Shown here piece by piece: positions 29,804-43,267 of a DNA stretch of 64,000 bases. The notes under the pieces were generated by a model that did no database searches, was not told the origin of the DNA, and worked only from the letters and a program-made list of their open reading frames with translations. The stretch's first letter is position 1; the number at the start of each line of letters is the position of its first letter. Made by a program: the position numbers and the translations under genes. The DNA is from Paramecium tetraurelia (Eukaryota): contig CT868013.1 in NCBI GenBank assembly GCA_000165425.1, positions 62,001 to 126,000 on the forward strand, written 5' to 3'.

Positions 29804-29963
29804 ATTAAATATTGATTAATATAATTTTATTATGCAACCAAATACTCCGATTATATCAATTAACAAAATCCAATTAATTCATATTTAACTGGATTTGAAT
29901 CTCCAATCGTCTTTAATTACTTTTATTACATAATTGATTTTGCATATAAAATTTTATTTTTCC

Positions 29964-30362
29964 ATGGATGAATTCAAATCGAATTCAGAGCGTCCACAAA
30001 CCTCGCACATTCTCAATCAATTGAAACTCTTGAGACGCAATCTTATCAAATAACCATAAAAACCACATAAATCTACTAGGTCACACTTCGTACCAGCTGA
30101 CATTAACAACATGAAATATGTATAATCCCCTAAACAAATCTTCGGTAATATCTCTTCATCGCAAACATCCTTTAAAAGCAAAGCCACATCTTAAAGTCAC
30201 ATATCACATGACGAATCGTACTTGAATAGATTGCTCCCCAAAGAGACAATCAGGAATATGAATAATTAAACAAGAAAAACCAACAAACTGTTCCCATTGT
30301 TTCAACAACCACAAGGAAGAATGAAAACAGATTGGATAAACTCAAAATATAGATTATTTTGA
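29964..30362 (+). CDS. Hypothetical small basic protein
   Basis: 133-codon intronless frame MDEFKSNSERPQTSHILNQLKLLRR... to TGA 30360-30362. Confidence 0.6.
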
Positions 30363-30700
30363 ATTCGACTAGGCTAAATATGAAAAATGATCTAATAATT
30401 ATACAGAAAACATAATCACATGGATATTATTTATAAAATATTATTTCACAATATGTCTAGGAATGTTGTATGACTTAATTGTATTTTATTATCATTTGAT
30501 CTTTAAATTTAAAGTATCAATTTTACTCTTTAAACTTGGAAAGTATATTTGGAATGTAAATTTAATGGGATTTTATTTAATAATTTGGAAAGGCTTACAA
30601 AATGTAATTTGAAAATTGTCGCTTATAATTGATTTATATATGGTTGACATCCTAAGAAAAGAGGAATATTTTTTAATCAAAATAATTTTATAATTAATTT

Positions 30701-32411
30701 ATGAGTCATTAAGGAGTACTATCAACAAAGCAATAAGAAGCAGCCTTCTTGAAAATACTTAAAAAGTAATGCAACTTGATCTGTGCAGATTGTTCATCAA
30801 AGTCTCCCACCTGGACGTCTTTGGATTTCGGAGTTTTTGTATGCTATAATTGTTCAGGTATTTCAATATTATATTCTTTTAGGATAACACAGAGCCCTCG
30901 GTTAAAATATAACTAGAGTGAGATCAACTAAATTAGATTGTTGGACTCAAGAAAACGTTGATATGATGGACGCCTTGGGAAACGATCAGAACGAGTATAT
31001 TAACAAGAATAAATATAGGTATTGGGAAAGCAGATTACAAAAGAATAATAAGATTTAACCTTCTGCCACTCCAGAGGAAATCAAATATTTTGTTTAGGAA
31101 AAGTATGTAAAGAGAACTTGGGTAAAGTAGGGACTAGCTGATCCAAAAACCAGATATACCTAATGTCTAATGAGCGGAGTACCTTTTAGAGTTTCAAAAA
31201 CAAACACATTTTTTAGTGAAAATGGGAGTCAAGGTTAACAGGTAAAAGATGATATGAAGCAATTTCTTTCTACTTAGCAATAAGGAATTCAAAGAAATAA
31301 TAGGCAATTTAGTATAGACTCTAGATAAACACAAAAAGATGCTAATCTTATCTCACCAGATAAGGGAACTCAATTCGATTGGAATTCGTTTAATCATTTC
31401 TCCACTGTTTCAGGGGTGCCCAACAATCAATCATAGTAAACCAACCAATTTTCAATATTTCCTAAAAAGTAATAATTGAATGAAGATTAATCTCCCACTT
31501 TTAAACCAAAAAATAGTAACTTAAATGAATTTGATTTATTAACCCATTCAACCTTAGCTGATAATTCATAATTCACGGCTCACAATAAAGCTCACCAACC
31601 AGCTTTACAACAATAAACTCATTAACATTTCAATAGTCACAATCCATAAAGTAATTCTGTAAATTAATAATCATGGGAGTAAGCTTAGAAACAAGCCTAA
31701 GTGCAATAATAATAACCAGCGAATTAGTAAATGAATTACTAGTGCCAACAAAACTAAGTAATAAATCCTACAAATAATGGTTTTGGGTCTAATAATTAAT
31801 AATAGGGCTGGGGATCATAACCTACATAATAGACATAATAAGTATAGTAATAATCACCATTGTAGTATAATTAAGCAAGTAGCAAGCCTCCTCTTCCTGG
31901 AAAATAAAATGTTTAGACTAATTATTAAACAACAAATTTTGCTTATTAATAATAACCTTAAATGTAATAATAAGTACCTAATCAAATTAATTATTAAACA
32001 AATTAATAATAACCTTAGGTATAGCAATAGTAATTTGCCAATAAATAGCAATCTGGAAATTCCTAATAATACTAATAATATCAAAATACTAATCAAAATT
32101 ACTAAAATAATAAATAAAATTTCGGATTTGACAATTAAAATAATAATGTTGCTAATAATAATTAGTAAATATATTAAGATTTTAACAATTTCTCATTTTA
32201 AACTAATTAAGGAAGTCAGAATAATAATAATACTAATAATACTAATTTTTATAATAACTAATAATTCAATAGTTTTGATGCAACTAACTAATTTTAAAAT
32301 TAAAAATACTAAAATAATCCATTTGCAAAAGATGTGTAAGACATAAGGAACCTTTATAATACTCAATAGCCGAGCAAGTATGATTAATTGAGAAACAATC
32401 CTTTTGTTTGA
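30701..32411 (+). CDS. ArfGAP (SMAP/AGFG-like) with a Q/N-rich tail and NPF motifs
   Basis: CADCSSKSPTWTSLDFGVFVCYNCS-GQHRALG...RVRSTKLDCWT, FVQEKYVKRTW; C-terminal NPF motifs; TGA 32409-32411. Confidence 0.92.
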
Positions 32412-33609
32412 TTAATATAATTATGTTCTGCTTGATTTTAATAGTTTCATGTTATGCTCAATTAATTTTACAAAACCTTGAAAGTTTTAAATTAGCTAAA
32501 GAATCTACGCATTTCTTAGGCAGAATTGTACAAATCATAATTAAACAGAAATATGATTATTTACATGTTTCTAATAGGGAAGTCTAACTTAACCTATTGC
32601 CAAGGAATAAATCAATAAAACCATGTGTAATTAATTAGAGATACAGGAGTATCAAGATAATTATCACGTTAATTTGATACTCGATCTCACAAGTTTTCTT
32701 GGAATAATTTTGCGATCAAATTTTTTTCTCCGCCTTAAGAATGGCACAAAGAAAATAAAATAAACAATAAGAATCCGGGGTTCGATCTTGATTGTGAGAT
32801 GAAGTTCTTTGATAAAATTTTTTCATATTAAACAATTTGGAATATAATTGCATTAACAATTAGATATCTAAATCGAGGTAGAGAGTGTATATAACTTTTG
32901 GATTCATTCTTAAATTTAGTTTGGCATATATATTGAGACTTCCAATTTTTAGTTTGCATGGGTATATTAAAATGCTAGCATAATGCAGAAAATTAAAAAA
33001 ATTGCAAAAATAATATTACTTTTTTTATTAATTCGATTTGGAGTAATAATTTATTAGTTAAAAAAATTGTGAAAATTTAGTTTTTACACTTTTTAAATCA
33101 TAATACCTTGCTTATTTTATAATATCTTAATAGCAACAAGGCTCAATTTTTTTATTGGCCTTTATATATATAAGGGAAATTGGAAACATCTCTAATTATT
33201 TTATTACTAATTTACTGAGAATTACTCCCTTTACAATTCAAGGGAATAAAAAAAATTAGAAATTATTGAAAGTTAAACATTAGTTTAATAATTTGATTCT
33301 AACATCTTAGAATATTTAATTGAATGTAAATGCTTCTTCAAAATTCCATATAAATTTATTAGTTCACATATGATATGCTTATTGCTTCATTGGATCTCAA
33401 AGGTATCGGATATCAATTAGGTTGAATGGGACAACACATTTTAATCATTTGATTAAATATTTTCCGTGGTTGATCTGTTTATCAGTATATAGAAATGGGA
33501 AGGATAGTAAGAACTAGCCAAGTGATGTACAGAGAATCTTAAAATACTTCTATGATTTTAATTTAATATAATTTAGAGAGTATTATTTGATTTATATTAT
33601 TTAATTAAA

Positions 33610-33955
33610 ATGGGATCATCTTGTTGTGCCTAACAAGTTGCAGAAGAGCAGGATCATGAGCTAGAAAATAAGTACAAGTACGATCCTCACAAATAACCAG
33701 CCAAGGGAGCTTTTAAGAAATAACATGAAGACAAAAAAATGGTCAAGTTTCCAACAAGAGTAACGATAGGAGGATGAAGAAAAAAATAAGGATGAAGATG
33801 ACAGTCAGATTGGGAATCCTCTGATTGAAGAAAGCGTTGTTGCCCCTGATGCTAAATCTCACAAGTCACAACACACATAGAAATCTCATTAAAATAATAA
33901 AAGAGGATTATTTAGCAAGTAGGTAAGTTAATTTGTAAAATGCGAAGATGATTGA
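33610..33955 (+). CDS. Small acidic protein with a predicted N-myristoylation/palmitoylation signal
   Basis: MGSSCCAQQVAEEQDHE...; one 28-nt intron; 3' end slightly uncertain. Confidence 0.7.
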
Positions 33956-34944
33956 TTATTTAATTAATTTATATATCCCAATAATTATAATCCTCCCCTT
34001 AATGCTTATTTCTGATTCTTCTCTTTTTTTGCTTATTGTGAATTCGTAGCAACAACATATTTGGTAAAAAATGTATGAAACTTTAAGGTTCCTATCATAA
34101 AAATTTCATTTGATTTGAAATCACTAAGGGATTGTTATTCTTTTAGTATAAATTAAATGCGAATAAAAAGCCAAAATAAATAATCAATAAATTGCAACAT
34201 CAAAAATAGTATTATGGAGTAATTTAAGGCAATACAATCCCATGGACGCGAGAATGACAAAAAATTAAGAATGGTAAGAAAAGAAGCAGCATTTAATTTT
34301 TTTCTAAAAATAATTTGATTCAAATTTTAGCTAAAAATAATTGGGATTTAAAAATATTTACTAGCGAACTCATATCAGATGAAGATTATATGGCTTTTCG
34401 ATAGAATCTATCATAGACTAAAATAGGTACATGTAGGGATAAGTAAATTAGAAGGCTAATTTATGATTTTATGAATTAATTGCATTTCTTTATCAAACAT
34501 TAATAATCCAACAATTAAACCAAGAATTGATGTTTTATTATTTTATAATTTATATATATTATTAATGACAAAATAAAAATTGAATGTTACTGAAAATAAT
34601 TTATAATTTCTGATAAAGATTTATATTATAAAATAAATTTTATTTGCAAAGTTAGGAGCAAACAAGAAATTAACCAACATCTATTGTTGCTGAACTTATT
34701 AGTTTACATTTAGAATGCATTTGCGATATGATATTTATTTTAGATCAGAGTAAATAATTTAATGTCTAATTTTATTAACTTTTGCTATAACAAATATTAA
34801 GCCAAACTCCTTAATTAGATATGTAACGATTTGACTCATGTGTTGATATGTTTTGTGTTATTGTAATGAATCAAAATTTAATGATCAAAGTTATTTTATT
34901 ATGATGAAGAAGAGTAAAATAAGATTATCTATTTATTTCAATAA

Positions 34945-35698
34945 TCATTAACTATGTTTTTTTATTAGTAGATTTTAAACTTCCTCATATGCAATTGGAT
35001 CACCGTTCATCAATTTTCTGTGTAGTAGCTTAATGTTTTTGAATGACGATAATATTTAAAGTGTTTTATCATCAGTCAAATTCAAGAGCTGTTTGATCTC
35101 ATCATCTAAACATAAAGGCATTCTTACATAAGGGCATATTTGCTTGATTCCAAACCTTAAACTATTGTAATTTCATTCTCATCATATTGAAATTGAATTT
35201 GTTCTTCGTGATCTCAGTCTAATGCCCTTTGCCTATATGAATGAAGCCGTCATTTTTCCTAAAATAGAACTTATAGGGTTGATTGGTTTAATCTGAGTTT
35301 ACGTGCACATTACGAGTGGAAATGTGTCTCTTAATATTCTTGCTCTATTTGATAATTTTAAAATGTTTGTCTATCTATTTGTTAAATAATTCCGACTCAT
35401 TTTCTTCATGGATGGTAGTTGGAGTGGCTTGAGGTAGCTCTTTGATCAATTTTAGATTCAGCGTTATTCGTGTACCGCTAACAGATACAAACTAGGAACA
35501 GCTTTTCTTTTGTTCTTATTCATTCGGTTAAGGAGGTTGTGGGATAGTTTATTATGGCTGTAAGGGTTGAACGTATGGGAACTAGTAGTACATGAAGGGA
35601 AAAAAGATTTATTGGGAACTCATAAACTGAGGAATGTACAATGGAAATGCTAGTGATTGAGCATTCATGTTGACTGGGAGATACTCATTCTGATTCAT
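34945..35698 (-). CDS. Hypothetical protein with a P/Q-rich N-terminus and an ELM2-like segment
   Basis: MNQNEYLPVNMNAQ...FPYVQPLQPQQ; IHIGKGHQTEI...KVW resembles ELM2 (IxVGxxYQAxI...VW); one 22-nt intron. Confidence 0.6.
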
Positions 35699-36165
35699 AA
35701 TAAAATTATTTAACTTGAAAATACAAAACAAGTTCAATCATTATACTCAGTCAATAATTTTTTAAGAAATTATTAAAACTTGCTTTTTAATGGAATGATT
35801 AGGAACAGTCATTTAGACATAATGTTTTAAGGCCTTCTTGGATTTATTGAAAATCTTTGGACTCTTTGTTTTTTATTGCCAATTTTTTGGTCATCCTTTT
35901 ACGAATTGATTTTTTTTTCGGTAATAGATGTTGAAGCAATGGTTCGATACATAACTGACTTAATTTCAGTTGAATTTAGGACTCATTGTGTTCATAGTCA
36001 AGTGAATATTATTCGATTTCGAAAATGAGCTCTTATAAAAATTCTCCTCTTTTAGATTACATAATAATCTTTATACAAAACTTTAGAAAGAATATAAGCA
36101 ATGTTTAAAATTCATTCAAATATTTGACTTATATTATTATAATGTACATATACGCATTATTTATG

Positions 36166-37262
36166 TCAATATGAGGCAACTGACTGTCCGAAATAAACCT
36201 TTTATTGAGCCTTCGCACTCCATTCGATTGATGTACTTTCAAAAATGACCACAACAGTAGATCCTATTAAAATACTCAACGCGAATAGTACCCATTTCGA
36301 ATCTACCTATTTCCTGTCCCTTTTTAATGTGAACACCTTTTTCACAAGATGAATAAGGAGCAGTGACAGTTAGATTTGAATAATTTCGATAGCCACTTTT
36401 ATGATACGTGTTGGTGTTTGTAGCCAAATCAGAATCAAAATTGACCTTCATCGAACCAACATTAGTTGCACCAATGAATATAATGTACATGAGTCCTTGT
36501 TCCCATTCTCCTTCAAGAACCACTCTTTCATTTCCTTCATATAATCCCTAATTGAATTTGAAAAAAGAATATACTTATCTAAGGCTGCTTTCTTTGACAG
36601 GTGCTAATTTCCCTGGAATGTGCAACCTGCTTTTTGCAATAAAGTCAACAGGACAGTGGTAACGATGATAATCCCCAGGTGCAAGATAAAAAATACATGA
36701 CCAAAGATTTGATGATTCTTGCTTTTTTTTGAATTCCATCTCGTATCCCTTGATGCCTGTCAAAAATTATCCAATTTAGTATGTCACTCTTTTGACAAGT
36801 AAACATTCATTCTTTGTTACTTTACTGATGGATAAGATCTTTGAGTCAGCTGGGCTGATCATTCCATGTTCAATCTTTCTTGGCTTAATTTATCTAGTAA
36901 AGAATTTATTGAATGTTTGGTAGTAACTCAAGGGGTGGATCATGTCTTGTCTTCTCACTTTGTAGATTTCGCTGAATATTGTGTAAATAGGTATTCTAAC
37001 ATACTGATATAATGTTACCTCAGAATTTTGGGGATGTACAGATTCATCACATATCCAGTAGTTTATGACACGTATCTTGAGATCGGTAGCTCTAGGACTT
37101 TCTTAACGATTATAATCAAAACTAGAAGTTTTAGGTAATAAATCTAGGATTGGTGGGATGAATTACGTTTTAAAATTAGGTGGTGAGCAAATCGACTAGG
37201 TAATTAAGGCCATAGAGAACAAGGACCAAGAGGGAAAGATTCTTAAAGTGGGTTTATTTCAT
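36166..37262 (-). CDS. PSD: Phosphatidylserine decarboxylase proenzyme
   Basis: FNKFFTR, ISPADSK, FYLAPGDYHRYHCP, IGATNVGSM, GRFEMG-STVV pyruvoyl cleavage motif split by an intron; ATG 37260-37262 overlaps the upstream gene's TGA. Confidence 0.93.
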
Positions 37263-40200
37263 CAATTATTAAATGTTTAATAATTCATTTCAATATTGAG
37301 TGTGTTATGGTTTTAATGATGCACTTATTTCCTTATATTAAAGTACACGAAGAACCCAGTGATAAGCAAGATTGTCAGAAATATGCCTAGTAAGACCCAT
37401 TGTTGGATGGACTCCTGCTAATGGTTAGTATAGTTCATTTCTATGATTGGTAACGGATATGTAAGTTCTTCGATTTCATTCTCTATTTACAATTACACTT
37501 TTCCAACGACACTTAAATACTTGGCCTATTGGTCCTTCGTTGCAAAAGTAACAGTCGTTATATTGCTGAAATTGCTTTATTCCACAACCTGAGTATACTT
37601 ACCATAAACATTGGTCTTGTTGTTCACATAATTGGATTCAAACATGCAAGCAAGACTCTTTTCGCCAATTGCCTATTGCATTCTAACAATAAAATAGACG
37701 TGGACTAATGTGATATCTTTTTTAACCTAGATTAGATTTGGAATATGAATGATCAAATTGTTATCTACTTTGTACCAATCTATGGATTTGTTACTTAATT
37801 AAAATGATGTTGATGGGATTAATTCCCCTTAAATAAAGGTTTGTTACTTGATATAATATGATGATATTTTATTCTTGTTTTCATCTTAAGTATGAGCGGA
37901 TATCAATTTCACTAGGAAATAGTATGTACCAGCTTCAAGTGATAGGATTGTTTGTATGTGTTCTTGCGATGAGTTCATTACTTATATTTCAAAGATTTGT
38001 TTGGCGAGATTGGTTTCGTTCTTTGTCCCCTGCACTAAGATAGATCCTGAACAAGTGAATACTTCCAACAGGAGTTTCGATTTTGATTGTACGAAGATCT
38101 CATAATAGTTCGGTTATCCAATTTTGGTTAATTAGTATTGTGACACTCCATCAGTCAAAGCATTTAATTCTCCATTTGTGATGATCACTCTGACATAAGT
38201 ACTGTTATGTAAAGCCTTGATTGAAATATTGTACAACCCGAACTAATCATACAGATAATATGAAATGGCTTTTGGATATTTGTTAAAATAATTGATAGGT
38301 TTGATGGAAGTGTGAGTAATTTCAAAATATAGATTGTCTATCGATTAATGGATGTTTTAAATTTGTAATGTGATGAATTTGGATTGACTATTGGTTGGTT
38401 GAGTGATTGATTGATATTACAATTGGACGGTCTCTTGAGCCTGTACGAAATAAGTCATCATCTGACCCAAATGAATAGTGATGACCTAATTGTACTATCG
38501 AATTGCACTAATTTTAAAGATAGAAGTCGGAGCCAAGGATTCAACCTTAATTGTAATTATCGATGGACTGGAACTCTTCTTTTAGAATAGAATTTAAGTA
38601 TCATTCTAAATTCTCTGTGTATGATGGGCCTCATCATTGTGTTTAAGTTCTTGTCCTTCCTTCAAATATAATCTGATATCACCACTTATCATTTAGATAC
38701 TGAATTGAACATTCACATATGAATTAAAGTGGTAGAGGGAAGTCTCTGATTCATTCAGGATTTCCCTCCATTGATGACCTTCCTGTAGAGTTGTATAATA
38801 TTGGTGACTGGTAAATTCAATCAAACCTTTGGTGTCACCTGAAATGGCAGTGATCTCGACTACATAAATACAACTAGACTACTAGCATGTCTTCACTTAA
38901 AATGATTTTTGTTTGGTAACAATTTCATCAATAATTAAAGTATCATTACTAGTAATGGCACTTACATCATCAAAAATACTCAATTTTTTGGTTCTGATTT
39001 ATAATTTGCCTTGAATTGCAAACACTATAATTTTAAATTCTTCATCACTTGGATTGTCTCTAAAAAGATAATTATAAGGAATATCTTCGACGAATAGAAC
39101 ATCAAAAGGATAACCAAGGAAGGCATTATAAAATTTGGCATCATCAAGATTGTAACTAATCTAGAATTCGCAATCAATCTGACCATAAAGACCAATGATA
39201 TAATCATCCTTAGCCAAATAACGATCACTCATTTCTTAAAGAATATATGTTGATCCAACTATTTCTGTCCAATATATATCATATTCATATAAACTAGGTC
39301 TTTTGTCCTTCCCTTTAGAAACTCTGGGAGTCAGAGCATCTCCACCACCTTTGACATGAACATTAACCTCAATTGATTTGACATCCTGAGTTAAACTTAA
39401 TTTGTAAAATTTGGTTTAACCTTTCTATACCTTGTCGATTATAGGATCTGATAAAGTCATTAATTGGACTTCTTCATAGATACCAATGGTGTACGTGTCG
39501 CCTTGATAATGAGGTTGAATAGGTTAAACATGAATGTACAATAAGGAATATTTCTCCGATTCTGGGATTATAATGCTTTGAAATTAAGTGAAATAAGAGT
39601 GAGCCTTGAAGGTTTCATATTTCAAATCAGGATTGTCTTTATTACCAAAATAGGCCTCCACATAGGCTTGGCTTCCCCCATAGGAATACCATTGTAGTGA
39701 GATCTCTTTTTGATTAAGTATGTAATAGAATAGAGTATTTTGATCAAAGGTGACAGTCTGGGGATAACCTTCATACAATTGGATTCTGCTATTATCATAC
39801 TTTGTGGATATTGTATAGAAGATAGTTCCTGATGAAGATGACACCGATATGTAAATATAACAGGGATTCCTTTCATATATCTTGGTCGTATTTTATTGAC
39901 ATTGCAAATCAGACTCAGGAATGGTTAGATTCTTACCAGTTAAATAGATGTTATGGTTTTTAAGATTGGGATGGGTATTCTTTTGATCAAAAGAGATGTA
40001 CATATCCAAATCAACTACATCATTGCCTGAGTAAATGTCTTTGGTTATAGTGATGTTTCTAGGTTCCATAGGCAATTTATAATATCTAAACTTTTTCTTA
40101 GCAACAGTGCCTATAATCTACTATCCTACTTGATAAAACTCGATGTCTCCATGCATACTATATTGGATAATGAATTCTCCTTGATCATTTAATCTCTAGA

Positions 40201-41576
40201 CTCCAATGTAATATTGAGTTGCATAATTAACATCATCAATATTTATTTCAATCTACTTGGAATCCTTCCATTAGTAACTATTGCTATCTGGGATTTCATT
40301 ATCCTTTAAATTGGACTTAACATACATAATGAAGTTGCCTTCAAGATTTTATAATGTAATCGTGAAGTTCTATTTCTAAGTTAATTGAATGTAAAAGAAA
40401 CTGTATTGATCACTTGATAAATATTTTTGTGGCACTCCACTTTGGAGTTGTATGAAGTGAGTTTAATTGACTGTTTGATATCTTTCCACTTAAGTGTAAA
40501 TGCCATACTAACAATGAGTATAGCCATATACACTCAAATAGACTGTTTAGACTGTTTGAGTATTGCTAGCCTTCAATTATGAAGAACTCCTCATTTCAAA
40601 ATTAGTAGCATTCGGATATTGATCTGAAGAACTGCCAAACATCATACATGTTCCATTGTATTGAGTGATTTGGAATTTCACACTTTTTATATTAGTATCA
40701 TTGGGGATGTTGTACAAATAATAAACAGAGAATCCTTCTTCCACATGAAATTGCTCTTATTCTCCCTCTCTTAAAATGATGTGTTATTCTTTGCGTTTGG
40801 CTAATATACGAAATTGAGTCTTTGTTTCACTTTTTAATCCAACCAAATAATAGCAATCTTAGCAATTTGCGTGTACAAAGGTAAGCGATGATTAAGTGAG
40901 ATGGACAGCTGTATCAGTGTCACTACCTTCGTAATCACTTAAAGTGATTGAGCAATCCTCACTTGTGCATTGCTTTAAGAACTTTTCCACTTAATTTGCT
41001 GTAATCTGTAAAGTAATTTATTCCGTCGATTAGATTGGCTTCAATTTAAACTGTAGGATTTCCTTCTCAACTAATTCACCACTATTATGTAGTTTAACTT
41101 TACCTTAGTGGAATGTTGTAATCCAACTATTGAATGCCATCCAAAACATATGTTACCAATTAATAACCAGATACAACCTCACTCGAAACACCAATGTAAA
41201 ATTCTTTATCTGTACAATTCAATGCTTTTCTTTCTTAGTATGAAATTGTGAGTTATTGCATGAACCAAGATCCTGTTTGCCACTCATAATAATCTAACAA
41301 TTTTGGTTCCCTAATAATTTATTATTCATAATTACGTGTCACACTCCACTGCTACCTTCGGATTTCCAATCTATGGTAGCAATTACACTATCAAAGTACG
41401 ATTCTACAATTTCTCTGCATTATGCACTTATAATCTATAAACTTTATAATCGTAGGCTTCTATTGCATCATCTAGTACTTCATTCAAACTGATATATCTC
41501 ACTCAAATCATAGTTCAATTTTATTACCTGATTAATTTGTTAGTGCTATACAAACCATCAATAAGAATACATACAT
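37262..41576 (-). CDS. Large (~1400 aa) type I membrane protein with repeated extracellular beta-rich domains
   Basis: Signal peptide MYVFLLMVCIALT; repeated modules with GNP/DxDxYI...P...YIGV patterns; single TM WVLLGIFLTILLITGFFVYF; tail EMNYQTFNN; TGA 37262-37264. Confidence 0.82.
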
Positions 41577-42799
41577 ATTATTAATTAATTAATATTATAA
41601 TTCTACAAATGCCTGGATCTCTGGTTCCTAATAATCGAATTTCTCATATACTTATTATTTTAATCGTGACCAGCCATCTCTATTTCATTATGGAGTTGTA
41701 AATCAAAAATATCTCGATATGAAATCCATGTCTCACCTTTCTATATAATCTAACAGGATCAATTAGATCTAATGAATTTGAGATTCATTTCTTATTTTAA
41801 ATTTTATCTGAATGATCTTTTTGTAATTAAAAAGGATAAAGAATATAAACAATCATAATTCTTTATCTGATATCAAAATTGCAAAAGGAGTAAAATTATG
41901 ATATTTAATTGATATAGAATGAGAATTAGATGTAATGGTCATAAATTTAATTAATTGATAGAGGAGAGAATTAAGAATAATTTTATCAACTATATTTTGG
42001 CTTAGAAAATTCTATTAACTTTTTATTAAATATTCAATTTATTATTAAGAAATAAAATAATTATTATTAGATTTGATATAATCACCTCTTTATTTTTGAA
42101 TGGAAAAAGGCAGATAAATATGGCAACTAAAGAATGTAACAAAGATTGTTAGTCAATCTTGTAATTATATATTAGGATTGCAAATAATCATTATTATAGC
42201 GAGAATTTAAATGCATTTTATTCAATTTCTAGTATTCTGAATTAAAAGAATTTGATGAGTTCTCAATTGACAAAGCTTTACTTAAGAAATGCAACCCAAC
42301 TAAACTGTAAATCATTTACTGTGGCAAAATTAATTAAATGAATGACATCAATAGCTATAATCATTTTCTATTTTTGTATGATCTTCTTAAGGTTACGAAT
42401 TGTAAATTTCAATATAAATTTAAATGGACAGATAAATGCAGTCCATACCTCACCATGCAATAACAATCTTTTTATTCAAATAAGATATATCGCTGTATTG
42501 CTGATTTTGAATTCTTAACAAGAATTTTAACCCTTGTATCTATATCAAAGTGAGTTAATAAATGAAAGAAAATTTCCAATTACTGGTTCGGTTGATTATT
42601 CTGTCTCTGAATTTCATCCTAAAATTAATAATTTCTGACCGTTAGAGTATTTTATTTTGATTTTAAGTAAATTACAGACAACAGATAATTAAAGTTTAAG
42701 GAAAATCTTAAAAATTAAGGTATAATCTAAATAACATTCATTTCTAATTCATTTTTTTGCTTATTTTTAAATCTAAACTCTATTGTTTAAATTATCATT

Positions 42800-43243
42800 T
42801 CAACTTTTTTATCTCTTTCTTAATAGTAAATCAAGGAAGTAAAAATAAATATTAAAATGTAAGCGATATTCAAGAAATAGGAAATCTAATTTATCACACT
42901 AAGCCTTAAGGAGTTAATCAAACTAATAAATATATCCTAAAAGCCAAAACAGTGCCTCCTACCTTAGAAATTTCAAAACAAACTTCAAATAAATGAATTT
43001 AGTTTTCTCACTTTACTTAATCAACTGATAAGCTAACATATATTAATGTTTTTATTTTCTAATGATAATTATCATCATGGTTTCATTCAGCCAATGTTGA
43101 CCCAGGATGCTGAAATGGAATATCGATAGCATTGACAATTTTCTATCGAACCATTATTAATTGTGTTCGTTAGCATATTTGAGATTGGGTATCTAATATG
43201 AAAAGAACTTGGGTTCGTGTGCAGAGGTTTAACTTAATCCCAT
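42800..43243 (-). CDS. Possible small hypothetical protein, divergent from the MORN gene
   Basis: ATG in AT-rich context (MGLSQTSAHEPK...) opens a 148-codon TGA-free frame; long frames arise easily in a one-stop code. Confidence 0.3.
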
Positions 43244-43267
43244 TTAATTATAAATATTTTTTTTAAT

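Noticed and set aside
43081..43149. Two adjacent hairpins (ttcagc/gctgaa and tcgatag/ctatcga) suggesting an H/ACA RNA
   Set aside because: No properly placed H or ACA box on either strand, and the region overlaps a possible ORF
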